DNA from: Histomonas meleagridis 2922-C6/04-290x | Lineage: Eukaryota > Protista > Parabasalia | Direction: 5' to 3' | Assembly: GCA_020184695.1 (NCBI GenBank) | Contig: JAANOX010000246.1 | Span: 134,597-198,596 of the forward strand | Length of the DNA stretch: 64,000 nucleotides | Shown: piece by piece, positions 21,227 through 32,393 of the stretch | Numbering within the stretch: the stretch's first letter is position 1 | Layout: each line of letters begins with the position of its first letter | Made by a program: the position numbers and the translations under genes | Notes under the pieces: model-generated | The model's database searches: none | Told to the model about the DNA's origin: nothing | What the model saw: only the letters and a program-made list of their open reading frames with translations

Positions 21227-23905
21227 TTAATCGAAAGGGTTTTCATTTATTGGCACAGGATCAATTTCATCACAAAACGAATGATAATCAATTTCGTCGA
21301 AGTCAGTACATTTATACTTTTTACAAAGTAATTCCAATTCGTTTTCATCAGACGACAAATTTAATCTTTTTATACATTGTTTGAACTGATTTTTTGTTAT
21401 AATGTTTTTCCGTGGTCTTTTATCGCAATCATAAAACAATTGTTTAATTTCCATTCTTCTTGTTTGCACGTAGTTTTTCATTCTATTTAATATGTTGTTA
21501 CAAATAATTTTTTCATTTTCATTTAAATTATTTATTGAAATTTTTTGCAAATTATTTTGATTTTGAATTTCATTGTTTTCAAATATTGCGTTGATTTGTT
21601 TACATAGCTCACGATAATTAATTAAATCTGGTTTTGTTTCTAAACAAAATAATTTCGTTATGAATTGTATCTCATCTTCATTTAATGGCAAATTAATTTG
21701 TCCAACAATTGATCGAAATTGATTTGATGTAATAGTTCCATGATTTAAATGATCGAAATTTTCAAAGAAATCTATAATTCTAATTCTTCTTTTATAGATA
21801 TAATTTTGTAATTTCGGAAGAATTACATTCCATTGAATTTGTCTGGCGGTTAGTAACGGCTTCTTAACGTATCTCGGTGTAACGTTTTCTTTGTTTAAGT
21901 TGTCATTTTTATTTTCATTCAAAGAATTTACATCGTTTATAAATTCAATGTAATTAACGAAGCCAGTATTTTTATCCAAATAAAACGAACAAAGCTGTTG
22001 AATTTCGTCATAAGAAATATTTACGCCAACCAATTGCATAACTTGATAAAAAGCATTTATCGTAATTTGTTTATGATTATATATATCTTTATCTTTAAAT
22101 TGATCTACTAGTGATATTTTTCTTGAAATTATAAATTTGTTAATTATATTTAAAATTCGATTAATATTTTGATTTGGTTTTAATTTTGTTTTTTCACATG
22201 TTATAGTTAAAGGATTTTGTGGTGTCTCAAGTGGAGAAATATTTTTAGGCGATATAAACGAAAGAATTTCATCAGCAAACACTTTCCATTTTATGTAATT
22301 TTTGCTTTTTGTTGATTTATATCTTTCCTTTAACATATCAAATTCTTGATTAGTTAATCGATAACCAGACATTAATATTCCACTTCGAAATTGTGTTTCT
22401 GTGATTTCTCCTAAATTTAATTTATCGAAATCTTTTAAGAAATCAGAAAAATATATCGAATGGATATAACTATAACGCTTCATGTCATCCAAAAGAGAAT
22501 TAATATCAAATTTCTCATTAAGTTTCGGTAATAATATTTTCTTGGATTCATATATTAAGTCATCTGCTTTATCTGATGTAATAAATAAATCGCCTGTTGG
22601 CGTTTTACCATAAATTTCTTCAAGTGATTCTTTATCTTTTAATAATGGTTTATATGTTCTTCGTTGTTGTTGATGATTTACATCAACATCTTCTACAAAT
22701 TTATAATAATCAAATCCAACTTCTTTACCATAATAATCAATTAAAAGATTTAAATCATTATCATCAAATGGTATTCGTAATGATGATAAAACTCTTTTAA
22801 ATTGTAAATTGGTTACATATCCTCGATTGTTTTGATCAAAATCATGAAACGGTGGTAATATATTAATCCGATTTCGGGATATTATCGATTTAATTTTTTC
22901 AATTATTTGTGAAATACGTTTATCGGTAACAATTGAAATATTTGAATTGTTTACATCCGATTTCTTTGATGCGATTTCAACATCGTTACAAAAATCTCTG
23001 TAATTATCATATTTGGTATAACCTTCTGTAAGTTGATATTTATCGGATAAATAGAGAAGTTCTTCTTGACTAAAAGGAAATCCGTAAAGTGTTAAAACAT
23101 TCATAAATTTGTCGGTCGTGATTTTACCGATATGAAGTGGATCTTGAAATGAAAAAAAATCTCGAATTCGAACACGATTCTTACGACAATATGTTGCAAA
23201 GCGTTGAATTACATCTGACGTGTTAGATGGAACAGGATTAAGTTTAATGGATTGTTGATGATGCGGCATGTTTAAATCAATGGTGACATTTTGATTTTGT
23301 GGTAAATCTGAATACATCTGAAGATCATGATGAAGTTTCATATAATTGACATCGTGGAGAGTGGGATCCATATAACGTTGAAGAAGAAGTGACATTTCAT
23401 CAGATGAGAGATTTATAAATGGATTGTTCCTTAAAAATTGGGAAACAGTTACTCTTCCATTACTGAGCCGATCAAAATCCATATAAGATTCACGGACATG
23501 AACACCGCGTGTTTTGACTTGATGATACAACTTAAGAAAAAGTTGATTAAGTTCTGGTGATATATCTTGAGTAATTTTTCCTGTTGTTTTTTCAATAATT
23601 TCTTTTGAGTTTTCAACATTTTGAGTTGGAGATTTTTCGAGGTCTTGATTTGTAAAAATGTTTTCAATTGTATGACAAAATTTACGATAATTCACATCGT
23701 CGTTTTCACCATAAAGGTTGGTTAAAGCATTTAATTCTTCATCTGTTATCTTAAATTTGATGAATTCAAAACATCGACGAAATTGATCTTTACTAACACG
23801 TCCAGTGGGAAGTTTATCAAAATCTTCAAACCATTCCAATGGGTAGATGTCATTTAAAAAAATATGTGTTCTTATTCGATTGATTAAAGGTTCTACATCC
23901 ACCAT
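21227..23905 (-). CDS. Multi-EF-hand protein (EFCAB6-like repeat architecture)
   Basis: Many repeats of FxDFDxxxxGxVTxxQFxRxL followed by NYxxFC across 892 aa. Confidence 0.8.
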   Translation of the reverse strand: MVDVEPLINRIRTHIFLNDIYPLEWFEDFDKLPTGRVSKDQFRRCFEFIKFKITDEELNALTNLYGENDDVNYRKFCHTIENIFTNQDLEKSPTQNVENSKEIIEKTTGKITQDISPELNQLFLKLYHQVKTRGVHVRESYMDFDRLSNGRVTVSQFLRNNPFINLSSDEMSLLLQRYMDPTLHDVNYMKLHHDLQMYSDLPQNQNVTIDLNMPHHQQSIKLNPVPSNTSDVIQRFATYCRKNRVRIRDFFSFQDPLHIGKITTDKFMNVLTLYGFPFSQEELLYLSDKYQLTEGYTKYDNYRDFCNDVEIASKKSDVNNSNISIVTDKRISQIIEKIKSIISRNRINILPPFHDFDQNNRGYVTNLQFKRVLSSLRIPFDDNDLNLLIDYYGKEVGFDYYKFVEDVDVNHQQQRRTYKPLLKDKESLEEIYGKTPTGDLFITSDKADDLIYESKKILLPKLNEKFDINSLLDDMKRYSYIHSIYFSDFLKDFDKLNLGEITETQFRSGILMSGYRLTNQEFDMLKERYKSTKSKNYIKWKVFADEILSFISPKNISPLETPQNPLTITCEKTKLKPNQNINRILNIINKFIISRKISLVDQFKDKDIYNHKQITINAFYQVMQLVGVNISYDEIQQLCSFYLDKNTGFVNYIEFINDVNSLNENKNDNLNKENVTPRYVKKPLLTARQIQWNVILPKLQNYIYKRRIRIIDFFENFDHLNHGTITSNQFRSIVGQINLPLNEDEIQFITKLFCLETKPDLINYRELCKQINAIFENNEIQNQNNLQKISINNLNENEKIICNNILNRMKNYVQTRRMEIKQLFYDCDKRPRKNIITKNQFKQCIKRLNLSSDENELELLCKKYKCTDFDEIDYHSFCDEIDPVPINENPFD

Positions 23906-25254
23906 TTGTAACGAACAAAACCGTTTAAATAAAGCTTGAAATTTGCACGTTAAAAGGTGGATAAAAATTGATTGAAAAAAGCATTCAATTTTATGTCATT
24001 TATTGCCAGCGTCAATTTTTTTCAACCACCAAACTGTAAGTGCGCACTTTTTGTTTTCACAAGTGAACAGTTGGTTCAATATAATTTAATCGTTTGATCT
24101 CAATTTTGTGCAGTTTTTGAAAGCAAAACACGCAAAAACAATTTCAATGCTTTACTAAATACAACAAGGATGAAGAAGAAGATCAAATTCATCGCTTATT
24201 GTTGATCATTTTTAAAAATTTGAATCTTCATCTTCCTAGCCTTGTGACAGCATATATTGAGGAAATTAAATCACCTCTCATACTGTCAATTTATACGTTT
24301 ATTGATAAATTTAAAGTACAATATTTCTATTTCTATATATCAAGAATATAAATGTCTGCAACTTAGTGCAAATGCATTACATATGATGAAATTAAATTTG
24401 TTTTGCTTAAATATTTTCATGCTGCTTCTGTCTTCTCGAGCTACTTAGGCCAAATTCCATGATTTTAACTGATAACATTTGATTTTTTATTTAATTAATA
24501 GATGCAAAATAGATAAAGATAAGCCAAAACTTTTGCTTTGTTTCTGTGTTGTTTTGGTGGTTAACATTTTTGGTTATTAGAAAAAATAATTTGGAATTTA
24601 AAATATTTGTGAAATATGACCTATTCTATGTATCTATAATTTTCTACAAATAATTTCTAAGAATAATTTGGTCATTATATTGAAGCAAATTGCCTTTTAG
24701 GGAATTTACATTATTTTATTTAGATCATTAATAACAAATCACGACATCGATCAATGATATTCATATGATTTATCAAAAATCCAAGGAGTAATCCTTATCT
24801 TGTTAAGAATAGATTTGTAGTTTTAAAATTTTTTTTAAGAAAGGGGAAAATTATCTAAACTTTTTCAAGTTTTGTGGTTTTTCAGTTATATTGAAAAAGT
24901 TACGAAACCACTTTTTTTTGGGGTTTCCAATTGAAAAATTTTCATAATTTTCAATTGAAGATTTTAGTCGATCGTTGTTTCCGGACATTTTTTAAGAATC
25001 ACGAACCGATTTCTATTGAAAATATCATTCACGTCAATTGAAATTTGGCAGGATAACCGACGAAATTGTGTTGAAATTAAATCGGACTGCATTCAAAATA
25101 TTTTGTTTCCACCAAAGAAACACTCATCGTTTTATAAGTGATCATCCAATTATTTCCCCCAAAACAATGTACATTTCTACAGTTAAATCACTTCTAATCT
25201 TCTTAATAAGTATATCCAAAGTGGTTACATGAATGATTAGTTTGATCTTTTTGA

Positions 25255-25785
25255 TTATCCATTTTCATCATTTTGCCATAATATCGGAAGTGGATCAGAT
25301 GGGATATCGCTTGATGACGATGTATCATTGTTTTCACTTACTAAATATTGATAGGGGTCTGAATCAGATAATGAAGAATCCGATTTTATCATATCTCCCA
25401 TATTACTTCTCTTATCTTCGATGAGATCTAGCCTGCGCGCAGCTTCTTTTTGAATTGAATGTCGATGCGAATGTATTATTTCTTGAAATATATTAATTTT
25501 CTGTACAACTTTACATTGAATCACGGAATTCTTCCTTATTCCATAAGCACCTAAGAATACAGATGGGTTTAGCATCTCTCCATTATAGAATAAATATATC
25601 TTTTCATCGGAAAAACAAGAGAATTTCAGAAAATTCTCCAAATCTTCACCTGTTGAATATCTATTAATCCTTACTGGTAGTAGAGCTCCTGGTAGCCATT
25701 CTATTAAAACTTTCACCTCGTCATTCATTAGGGTTGGCTTCAAGATGATTTTTAAAGCAAAAAACGAAAGCGCCGATAGTGTCAT
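25255..25785 (-). CDS. Hypothetical protein with a degenerate ubiquitin-like domain
   Basis: YLFYNGEMLNPSVFLGAYGIRKNSVIQC resembles a UBL C-terminal half. The tail is Ser/Asp-rich. Confidence 0.55.
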   Translation of the reverse strand: MTLSALSFFALKIILKPTLMNDEVKVLIEWLPGALLPVRINRYSTGEDLENFLKFSCFSDEKIYLFYNGEMLNPSVFLGAYGIRKNSVIQCKVVQKINIFQEIIHSHRHSIQKEAARRLDLIEDKRSNMGDMIKSDSSLSDSDPYQYLVSENNDTSSSSDIPSDPLPILWQNDENG

Positions 25786-26306
25786 TTTTTAACGTTCTCA
25801 TTGAAATCCGATTTGAACACAATATAACGCTGGAATAAAAACTTTTTCAAAGGGAATTCTGTTGAAGCCGTTTTACAATTGGTCAAATCATTTCAAACTT
25901 TACATCAGATTTGTGTAAACTTTAACACACATTTGAAATGAATCAAAAAGACTTAAAAAGGAAATCGGAAAAAAACCAAATTTATCATAAAATAACTAAA
26001 TATATTTCGATAATATAAAAAAACAAATCATTTAATATCTTAATTTATAAAAAAATTCATATTTAACTTTGAAATATCATTTTAAAAATAAAAAAATTTA
26101 TTGTTTGTGCACAAACGGTCGCACTATTCAAAAAGTAAATCTCTGCAAAAAGTTGTATCGAATGTTTATTATCACTTTTTGAATGGTTATAAACATATTT
26201 TTGAGTGGTGTACACATTGTCATAAACTAAAAGTGAATCAAAGTAAGTGATCGTTTTCATCACAATTTTCAAAGACGATAAACATTGAGTATTCATTTTT
26301 TTCATT

Positions 26307-29300
26307 TTACTTTCCTTGTCTTGCTTCCTTAGCAAGTTTTTCTGCTTCCTCCAAAGCCTTTCTTGCTGCGACAACCTTAGCCTCTGCGTTCAACTTCGCG
26401 ATCATACCACTCAATGGCCTTCTAGCACCTGCAATACCTCCAGCGACAGACTTTTGTTGTGCCTTCTTTTCAGCGTCCATTGCAGTTTCAGCGAATTGTC
26501 TAAGTTGTTTGATTAAGTTCTGTACTGAGTCTGTCATCTTATGCAAAGTCACATTTAATTCAGGCGAACCACCTTTTTGGTTATTTTCTACTAAGAAGTG
26601 TGCTACTGCCTGACTGATCAAGTTACATCCAGCCAATATCTTTGGCATAGCGTCTGGCTCATTATTTACAGTCGCTTCAGCAGCCACAGTAATTAATTCC
26701 AATGAATCCACCAAGTTATTAGCAGTATTAATCAAACCTTTTTGGTTAATAATTTCCGGATTCTTTTGTAACACGAATTTAGTTTGAGCTTGTGCTACTT
26801 CGATTAACTTGGCAGCGTTATTTAATATTGGCGCACTTACTTCAATGATATCACAACCTAAGTAATTATCACCAATTGTAAGTTTCTTTTCTGCAGCAGT
26901 GGACTTCAATGACATTAATCTTTGCATTGATGATTGACAAGCACGTGCAGCAATGACTAATTCCTTTTCAACTTCATTTGTTACAGACAAATCAGCTTCA
27001 GCGGATTTAATTGTTGCGTCGACAGCGTTCATAGTTTGTTCTAATGCTGTTTCAGCCGTAGCCAAAAATGCAGCAACAGAATCTCTCCAACCTTCAGATC
27101 CCATTAATCTATTACGTGTTGCATCGATACATATATCACCAGCGTTAATTAATGCGTTACGAGCTTTCAATAATTGATTTTGACATTGAGGGTTCCATGT
27201 TGAAGTTTGCATATTTGAAGTTGGGATAATTAATTCTGATAATTGAGTTTGGAATTCATTAAATTCCTTTTGGATTTGTTCCGCAGATGTCTTCGATCCA
27301 TTTAATGATGAAATTAATTTCTCTAATGATGATTTAACTAATTTCTGTTTGTTATCAATTATTGGTTGAAGTTGAGCTATTTCTGTTGGTGAAGTTTCTG
27401 GTATTGTTGGAACTTTAAATCTAAATGGTAATGAATTAGCAACCTTAGGTTGTGGTACTACTTCTGTATTAAGTGAATCACTTACAGCTACACGAATATC
27501 ATTAACTAACTTAGATAACTTAGTTGGAATATCTGTAGTTAATGATGACGCATCTTCAGTAAGTTGTCCAAATAATCCTTGCAAATCATTAATCATTCCT
27601 AAGATATCTTCTTGTTCTTCTGCTCCTTTAGTAACTGTTTTAACTCCACCAATGAACTTTTGTAATCCTAAGTTTAATGATGAACAAACTTTTCCAAACT
27701 TTAATGGTTTAGCACTTGAATTTTCTGTTGAAAGTTGTGCAAGTTTAAAGATATCTCCCATTAATTGATTAGACATAGCATGATAATCTTCAGATGATGG
27801 CTGAATTACACTTACTGGAGTTTCTACAATTTCATCAGCTAATTCTGCAATATGACCTAATGCCATATTAATTTCTCTATTTGCCTTATTAACAGCTCTA
27901 ATTTGAGCATTTTTATTTGATGATGTTGGGACTTTAGATACTATATCTGAATATGAATTTAATAACTCCAAAAGTTTTGTAGATTCTTCTTGTAATTCAC
28001 TTGATGTATCTTTATTAGTTTCTCCACGTTTAGAAGCAGCTATTAAAGATATATTTGAAAGTTCTAAAGCTTTCGAACGTAATAAGTTGACTTTCTTTTG
28101 TATCTCTGGTAAATTAGCTTCAGTAGCTTTCTTAAGATCATTTGAAATTTCGGTACCTAATGATACTACTTCACTATTTAAGTCCATAATTTTATCTGAT
28201 ATTTGTTCTGAATCTAATTCTTGGACATCATCAGTACCTATTACCATATCTTCAAGTTGATCAATTAATTGTGCTAAATCAAAATCGCCATTAACTTCTT
28301 CACCATTACCATCTTTCGATTGATTAATATTTGATACATATCTATGTAATTTAGATTGTACTGAATCAGGATCATCTAATGGATTCGATTGACCTGACAT
28401 TAATTTTTGTACTAAGTTCGCAAATAATGCTTGTTGTAATAAGTCATGAACTTCTTCTTTATTATTTGGATTCTTCTTTAATGTTTCTTTAAGTTTTTCT
28501 AATTTTTGTAATGAGATTTCTTCTGGATTACCATTAATTGCATTAATTAATGTTTCTAATTGTGAATATGCTAATTTTGGATTTGATTTCATTAACATTG
28601 AAATATCTCCAACAAGATTAGATAACATTAATTTAACTGGATCTTTATAATTCTCATTAATATATTGCGCTAAATTCATTAATATTTGTGGGGTTTCTTT
28701 AGCCTTTTCTTCATTATTATATTGCTTAAGTTTATCAAACATAGTTAATAATGATGAAGATTTGATTTCTTCTGGTGGTATAAATTCGAGTCCTTTCTTA
28801 ATTTGTTCTTGTTCTTGTTGAATTCGTTGAGCAATTTCTTTAAGTTTATCAACAACGTCTTTGTTATTAGGATCATTACGATATTGTTCGAATAATTTCT
28901 TAAATTCATCAACATCTTCTTTAAGTGCATTAATGTTCTTAGATAATAATGGACGAATAGATTCATTCTCTGATTGCATAACATCGATAAACATCTTTTC
29001 AATTTCATCTTCATTTGGTATATGATCGATAAATTGTTCATATTTAGGCTTCTTGCTTTCTTCTTCTTCTTTAAGTTGTTGTTCTTTTTGTAATTGTTCT
29101 TTTCTCTTTTCTTCTTCTTCTTGTTTCTTCTTATTATCAACTTCTCCACCAATAGATTGTACTTCTGAGATAAGTTTATCACTAACAGGTTTAAGTTGTT
29201 GATTCATACCTAAAATGTTATCAAGCATTTGATTTAATACTGGGATTTGTGATGTATCACCTGAAGCGATTCTAGCTGTAGCATCACCAATAGAATTAGC

Positions 29301-31841
29301 TATTATTCTAAGTTGTTCTGCTAATGGCTTTAATTGTTCTACTTTCTCTAATGCATCAGCATATTCATAAAGTGAAGATATTAATTGTTGTCCTACTTGT
29401 GATACTTGAGTAGGATCATTCATGACTTGTTTAAGCATATTAATCTTGTTTTCGACATCATTAGTAGTATCTTTAAGTAAGAATCCAATTAATGAATTCA
29501 TTGGTAATTCTCCTTCTGTTGTAATTGAGCCAACATAAGTCATTAATTGTGCTAATAATGTTAACGTTTGTGTAATACTATTAATACCTGCTTTAAGTTG
29601 TGCTGGAGCTTGTGCATGTTTAAGGATTTCTTGTGATTCTTTAAGTAATTCAAATGAAGGCTTAAAGACATCTCGACTTGCTGCTATTAATCCTAATATA
29701 TAATTACGATCATATATACCAAATGGTGGTGGATTATTTAATTTCTCTTGAATTGCTTTAATTCCTTCATTAATAATATTCTTAAGTTCACAGAAATGTT
29801 GATAATATTGTTCTGATTGAACAGTAGCAGCAGATGTAATCATATCAATGAATGGTCCCATATATTGAGTAAATGCATCAACACAATGTTTATAATTAAG
29901 TTGTAATGCAAGTCGAAATGTTTGTGGGGCACCTGATATATCATAAGAAAAGACTTCTAACTCATTAATTAATGGTAATATATCTTGTGGTATATTCGGA
30001 TTATTTAATGAGCCATGTAATGCCTTTAATAATGACTTAAGTTTATCCGATTCTTTAACACATGATATAACATTTTGTGGATTAGTAGAATTACTATTAC
30101 TACTAAAGACATTAGCTGATTGGCGAATAGAATCCATAAAGACTGAATAAACACCAATAAATTGTTGACGTGTTTCTAATGGTAATTCTTCTTTTCGTTT
30201 GTTTAATACCATACATGTATCAACAAGTGTTTTCATATTATTTGGATAAAATCGTACAACATTATCTGCTAATAATTGTCGTGCTAAGACTAATTGCTTA
30301 ATAATTGGATTAGATGTATCTAAACAACATAATGCAAATAAGAAGTTAGCTGTTAATATTCCAACTTTGTTTCGAAGTAAAACATTGTTTTGATTTAAGA
30401 TAAATAACTTAAATCCATCAACAAATTCTAATAAACTCTTTGAGATAGCATCTCGTTGTTGAATTAATTTAGCTTTTTGATCAGCATTTGTTAAATGATT
30501 TAATTTAATTTGTACAAATGCACTAAATTCGGAATATTCAGTATTAAGACTTTGAATGTTTTCATTGATGTCTTCAATTGTTGCACCTGTCTTAAGGATT
30601 TGTGATAATATTCTTCCAGCAATTTCCATTGTTGGCTTAGCTGCTTCTGATAATTCGGATGGTGCAAGTTGTCCAAGTGTTTGAAACACAGAGAATTTAC
30701 GATCTTGTTTCATGGCTGCTATAAGTTTATCCATTTCTTGGTCATATTCTATGTTTAAGCGTTGAAGTGTTTCAAATAATGGTACAAGTTGTGTATTAAC
30801 TACGTTTTGGAATGGTATTGGTAAATCAGGTTGAATTTGTACTAATGATTGTAATAATGGTGCAAAGAATTGCCCAATACTTTCATGTGCTGTCTTTGAA
30901 TCTTCAATAGCTTTCTCAAACTTATCTCGGAAACGCATTATGTTAAATACTGGAGCAAAGATATCATATCCAAATTTGGCCATTCGTTCAAGGACTTGCG
31001 CAAGGATTTGTAACGAACTGGGTGAATACATTCCAATCTTAAGGGATAATAAACAAATACTTGCAACTGAGGATGAATATTGTTGTGCATATTGTTGGAA
31101 ATGAATATATGCTTCTTCATTAAATGAAGGCATGAAGCTATCAAGAATCTTTTGTTGGAGAAGGCCATAAAGTTCAACTTGCTTTTGAATGGTTTCATTC
31201 GCTGTCTTGACAGATGCAATAAATGTTTGTTCTAAATCATTGGTGGGTTGATGATTCATAAATGCAATCCTATATGCATCACCGTTTTGAATGGCTGCAA
31301 TGATTTGGTTGGTAAGTTGATCAAGATATGGGCGAACTTCAGAAATGATGGAATATTCTGACGGGATTTGTTGGTTTTCAAGATCAGCTGCTGAAGCAAG
31401 TGTTTGGATGATAGAAATATAGTCAAGGATACTGTATGCTACTTTGGAATAGACGGCTTCACTAACTTTTGCATTGATGTAATCAATTGTCGTTTGAAGA
31501 AATTCTTCAATGAAGCCTGGGATAGAAGCAACGTACCTCTTAAGCTCCTCGAAGTAAAAGGCTAATGTTGAGTTGCCATAAATAACTTGAGCCATAGCAT
31601 CACCTGGTGGAAGTTCTTTTGGATAACCAAATGAAATAGCTTTTGCAAAAAGTATTGCTGAAGCAATATTGTCAACACTATTAAATATCTCTTGAGGAAG
31701 CCCGTTTCTCTGAATTACATCTCTAACAAGAGCATTAGAGAATGATTGTGCAGTGAGTTGGACTTCAATCTCTTGGAGCACTCCATTAGCTGGAGTTATG
31801 GCGCGGTTCAAGCCATTAATAAGCTCTGTTATGTTCGTCAT
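26307..31841 (-). CDS. Talin-like protein with a C-terminal I/LWEQ actin-binding domain, 1844 aa
   Basis: Long amphipathic helical bundles. The C-terminal approximately 200 aa (ILNNAAKLIEVAQAQ..GLINTANNL..KILAGCNLISQAVAHFL..GMIAKLNAEAKVVAARKALEEAEK) match the I/LWEQ layout and its terminal dimerisation helix. Confidence 0.7.
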   Translation of the reverse strand: MTNITELINGLNRAITPANGVLQEIEVQLTAQSFSNALVRDVIQRNGLPQEIFNSVDNIASAILFAKAISFGYPKELPPGDAMAQVIYGNSTLAFYFEELKRYVASIPGFIEEFLQTTIDYINAKVSEAVYSKVAYSILDYISIIQTLASAADLENQQIPSEYSIISEVRPYLDQLTNQIIAAIQNGDAYRIAFMNHQPTNDLEQTFIASVKTANETIQKQVELYGLLQQKILDSFMPSFNEEAYIHFQQYAQQYSSSVASICLLSLKIGMYSPSSLQILAQVLERMAKFGYDIFAPVFNIMRFRDKFEKAIEDSKTAHESIGQFFAPLLQSLVQIQPDLPIPFQNVVNTQLVPLFETLQRLNIEYDQEMDKLIAAMKQDRKFSVFQTLGQLAPSELSEAAKPTMEIAGRILSQILKTGATIEDINENIQSLNTEYSEFSAFVQIKLNHLTNADQKAKLIQQRDAISKSLLEFVDGFKLFILNQNNVLLRNKVGILTANFLFALCCLDTSNPIIKQLVLARQLLADNVVRFYPNNMKTLVDTCMVLNKRKEELPLETRQQFIGVYSVFMDSIRQSANVFSSNSNSTNPQNVISCVKESDKLKSLLKALHGSLNNPNIPQDILPLINELEVFSYDISGAPQTFRLALQLNYKHCVDAFTQYMGPFIDMITSAATVQSEQYYQHFCELKNIINEGIKAIQEKLNNPPPFGIYDRNYILGLIAASRDVFKPSFELLKESQEILKHAQAPAQLKAGINSITQTLTLLAQLMTYVGSITTEGELPMNSLIGFLLKDTTNDVENKINMLKQVMNDPTQVSQVGQQLISSLYEYADALEKVEQLKPLAEQLRIIANSIGDATARIASGDTSQIPVLNQMLDNILGMNQQLKPVSDKLISEVQSIGGEVDNKKKQEEEEKRKEQLQKEQQLKEEEESKKPKYEQFIDHIPNEDEIEKMFIDVMQSENESIRPLLSKNINALKEDVDEFKKLFEQYRNDPNNKDVVDKLKEIAQRIQQEQEQIKKGLEFIPPEEIKSSSLLTMFDKLKQYNNEEKAKETPQILMNLAQYINENYKDPVKLMLSNLVGDISMLMKSNPKLAYSQLETLINAINGNPEEISLQKLEKLKETLKKNPNNKEEVHDLLQQALFANLVQKLMSGQSNPLDDPDSVQSKLHRYVSNINQSKDGNGEEVNGDFDLAQLIDQLEDMVIGTDDVQELDSEQISDKIMDLNSEVVSLGTEISNDLKKATEANLPEIQKKVNLLRSKALELSNISLIAASKRGETNKDTSSELQEESTKLLELLNSYSDIVSKVPTSSNKNAQIRAVNKANREINMALGHIAELADEIVETPVSVIQPSSEDYHAMSNQLMGDIFKLAQLSTENSSAKPLKFGKVCSSLNLGLQKFIGGVKTVTKGAEEQEDILGMINDLQGLFGQLTEDASSLTTDIPTKLSKLVNDIRVAVSDSLNTEVVPQPKVANSLPFRFKVPTIPETSPTEIAQLQPIIDNKQKLVKSSLEKLISSLNGSKTSAEQIQKEFNEFQTQLSELIIPTSNMQTSTWNPQCQNQLLKARNALINAGDICIDATRNRLMGSEGWRDSVAAFLATAETALEQTMNAVDATIKSAEADLSVTNEVEKELVIAARACQSSMQRLMSLKSTAAEKKLTIGDNYLGCDIIEVSAPILNNAAKLIEVAQAQTKFVLQKNPEIINQKGLINTANNLVDSLELITVAAEATVNNEPDAMPKILAGCNLISQAVAHFLVENNQKGGSPELNVTLHKMTDSVQNLIKQLRQFAETAMDAEKKAQQKSVAGGIAGARRPLSGMIAKLNAEAKVVAARKALEEAEKLAKEARQGK

Positions 31842-32393
31842 CTTTAAATGAGGTGAAATAGAAAAAGCGAATTATTTCGACTTTTTGAGATAAAGACTTT
31901 TTCATAACGGTTTTCCCAACACACAAGATTCCATACAAAAGCCGTCAAGAATGGATTAAAAAAGTTGGAAATTGAATCGAGAACGATAAATTTATCATTA
32001 TCATGTTTCTGTTTCATACTTAAAATTTCGTATCTGAAATTATAATTTTCGAAAATATTTATATGTTATCGATATAATTCTTCAAGTGTTATAATATCAT
32101 TACAATGAACGATCATTCATTTATTAGTATCATGAATTACTCATTCTGCCGTTGATTACGTTGCAGTTATAATCGCGTGTATTCAATTTTGGCGCGAAAA
32201 TTTAATTGAATTATTTGTGAACAGTTTTACATTTTATAACATTTTTAAAAATCATTTTTGTTGATGAATTTTTGTTTTTTAAGATGGAAGAATTTTATTC
32301 ACACTTAGAATATCGTAATACTATTTACAAATATCAAAAAATATAAATGACATTATAAACAAGGTTTATTATAAAAACAAAAAATTTTCCATT

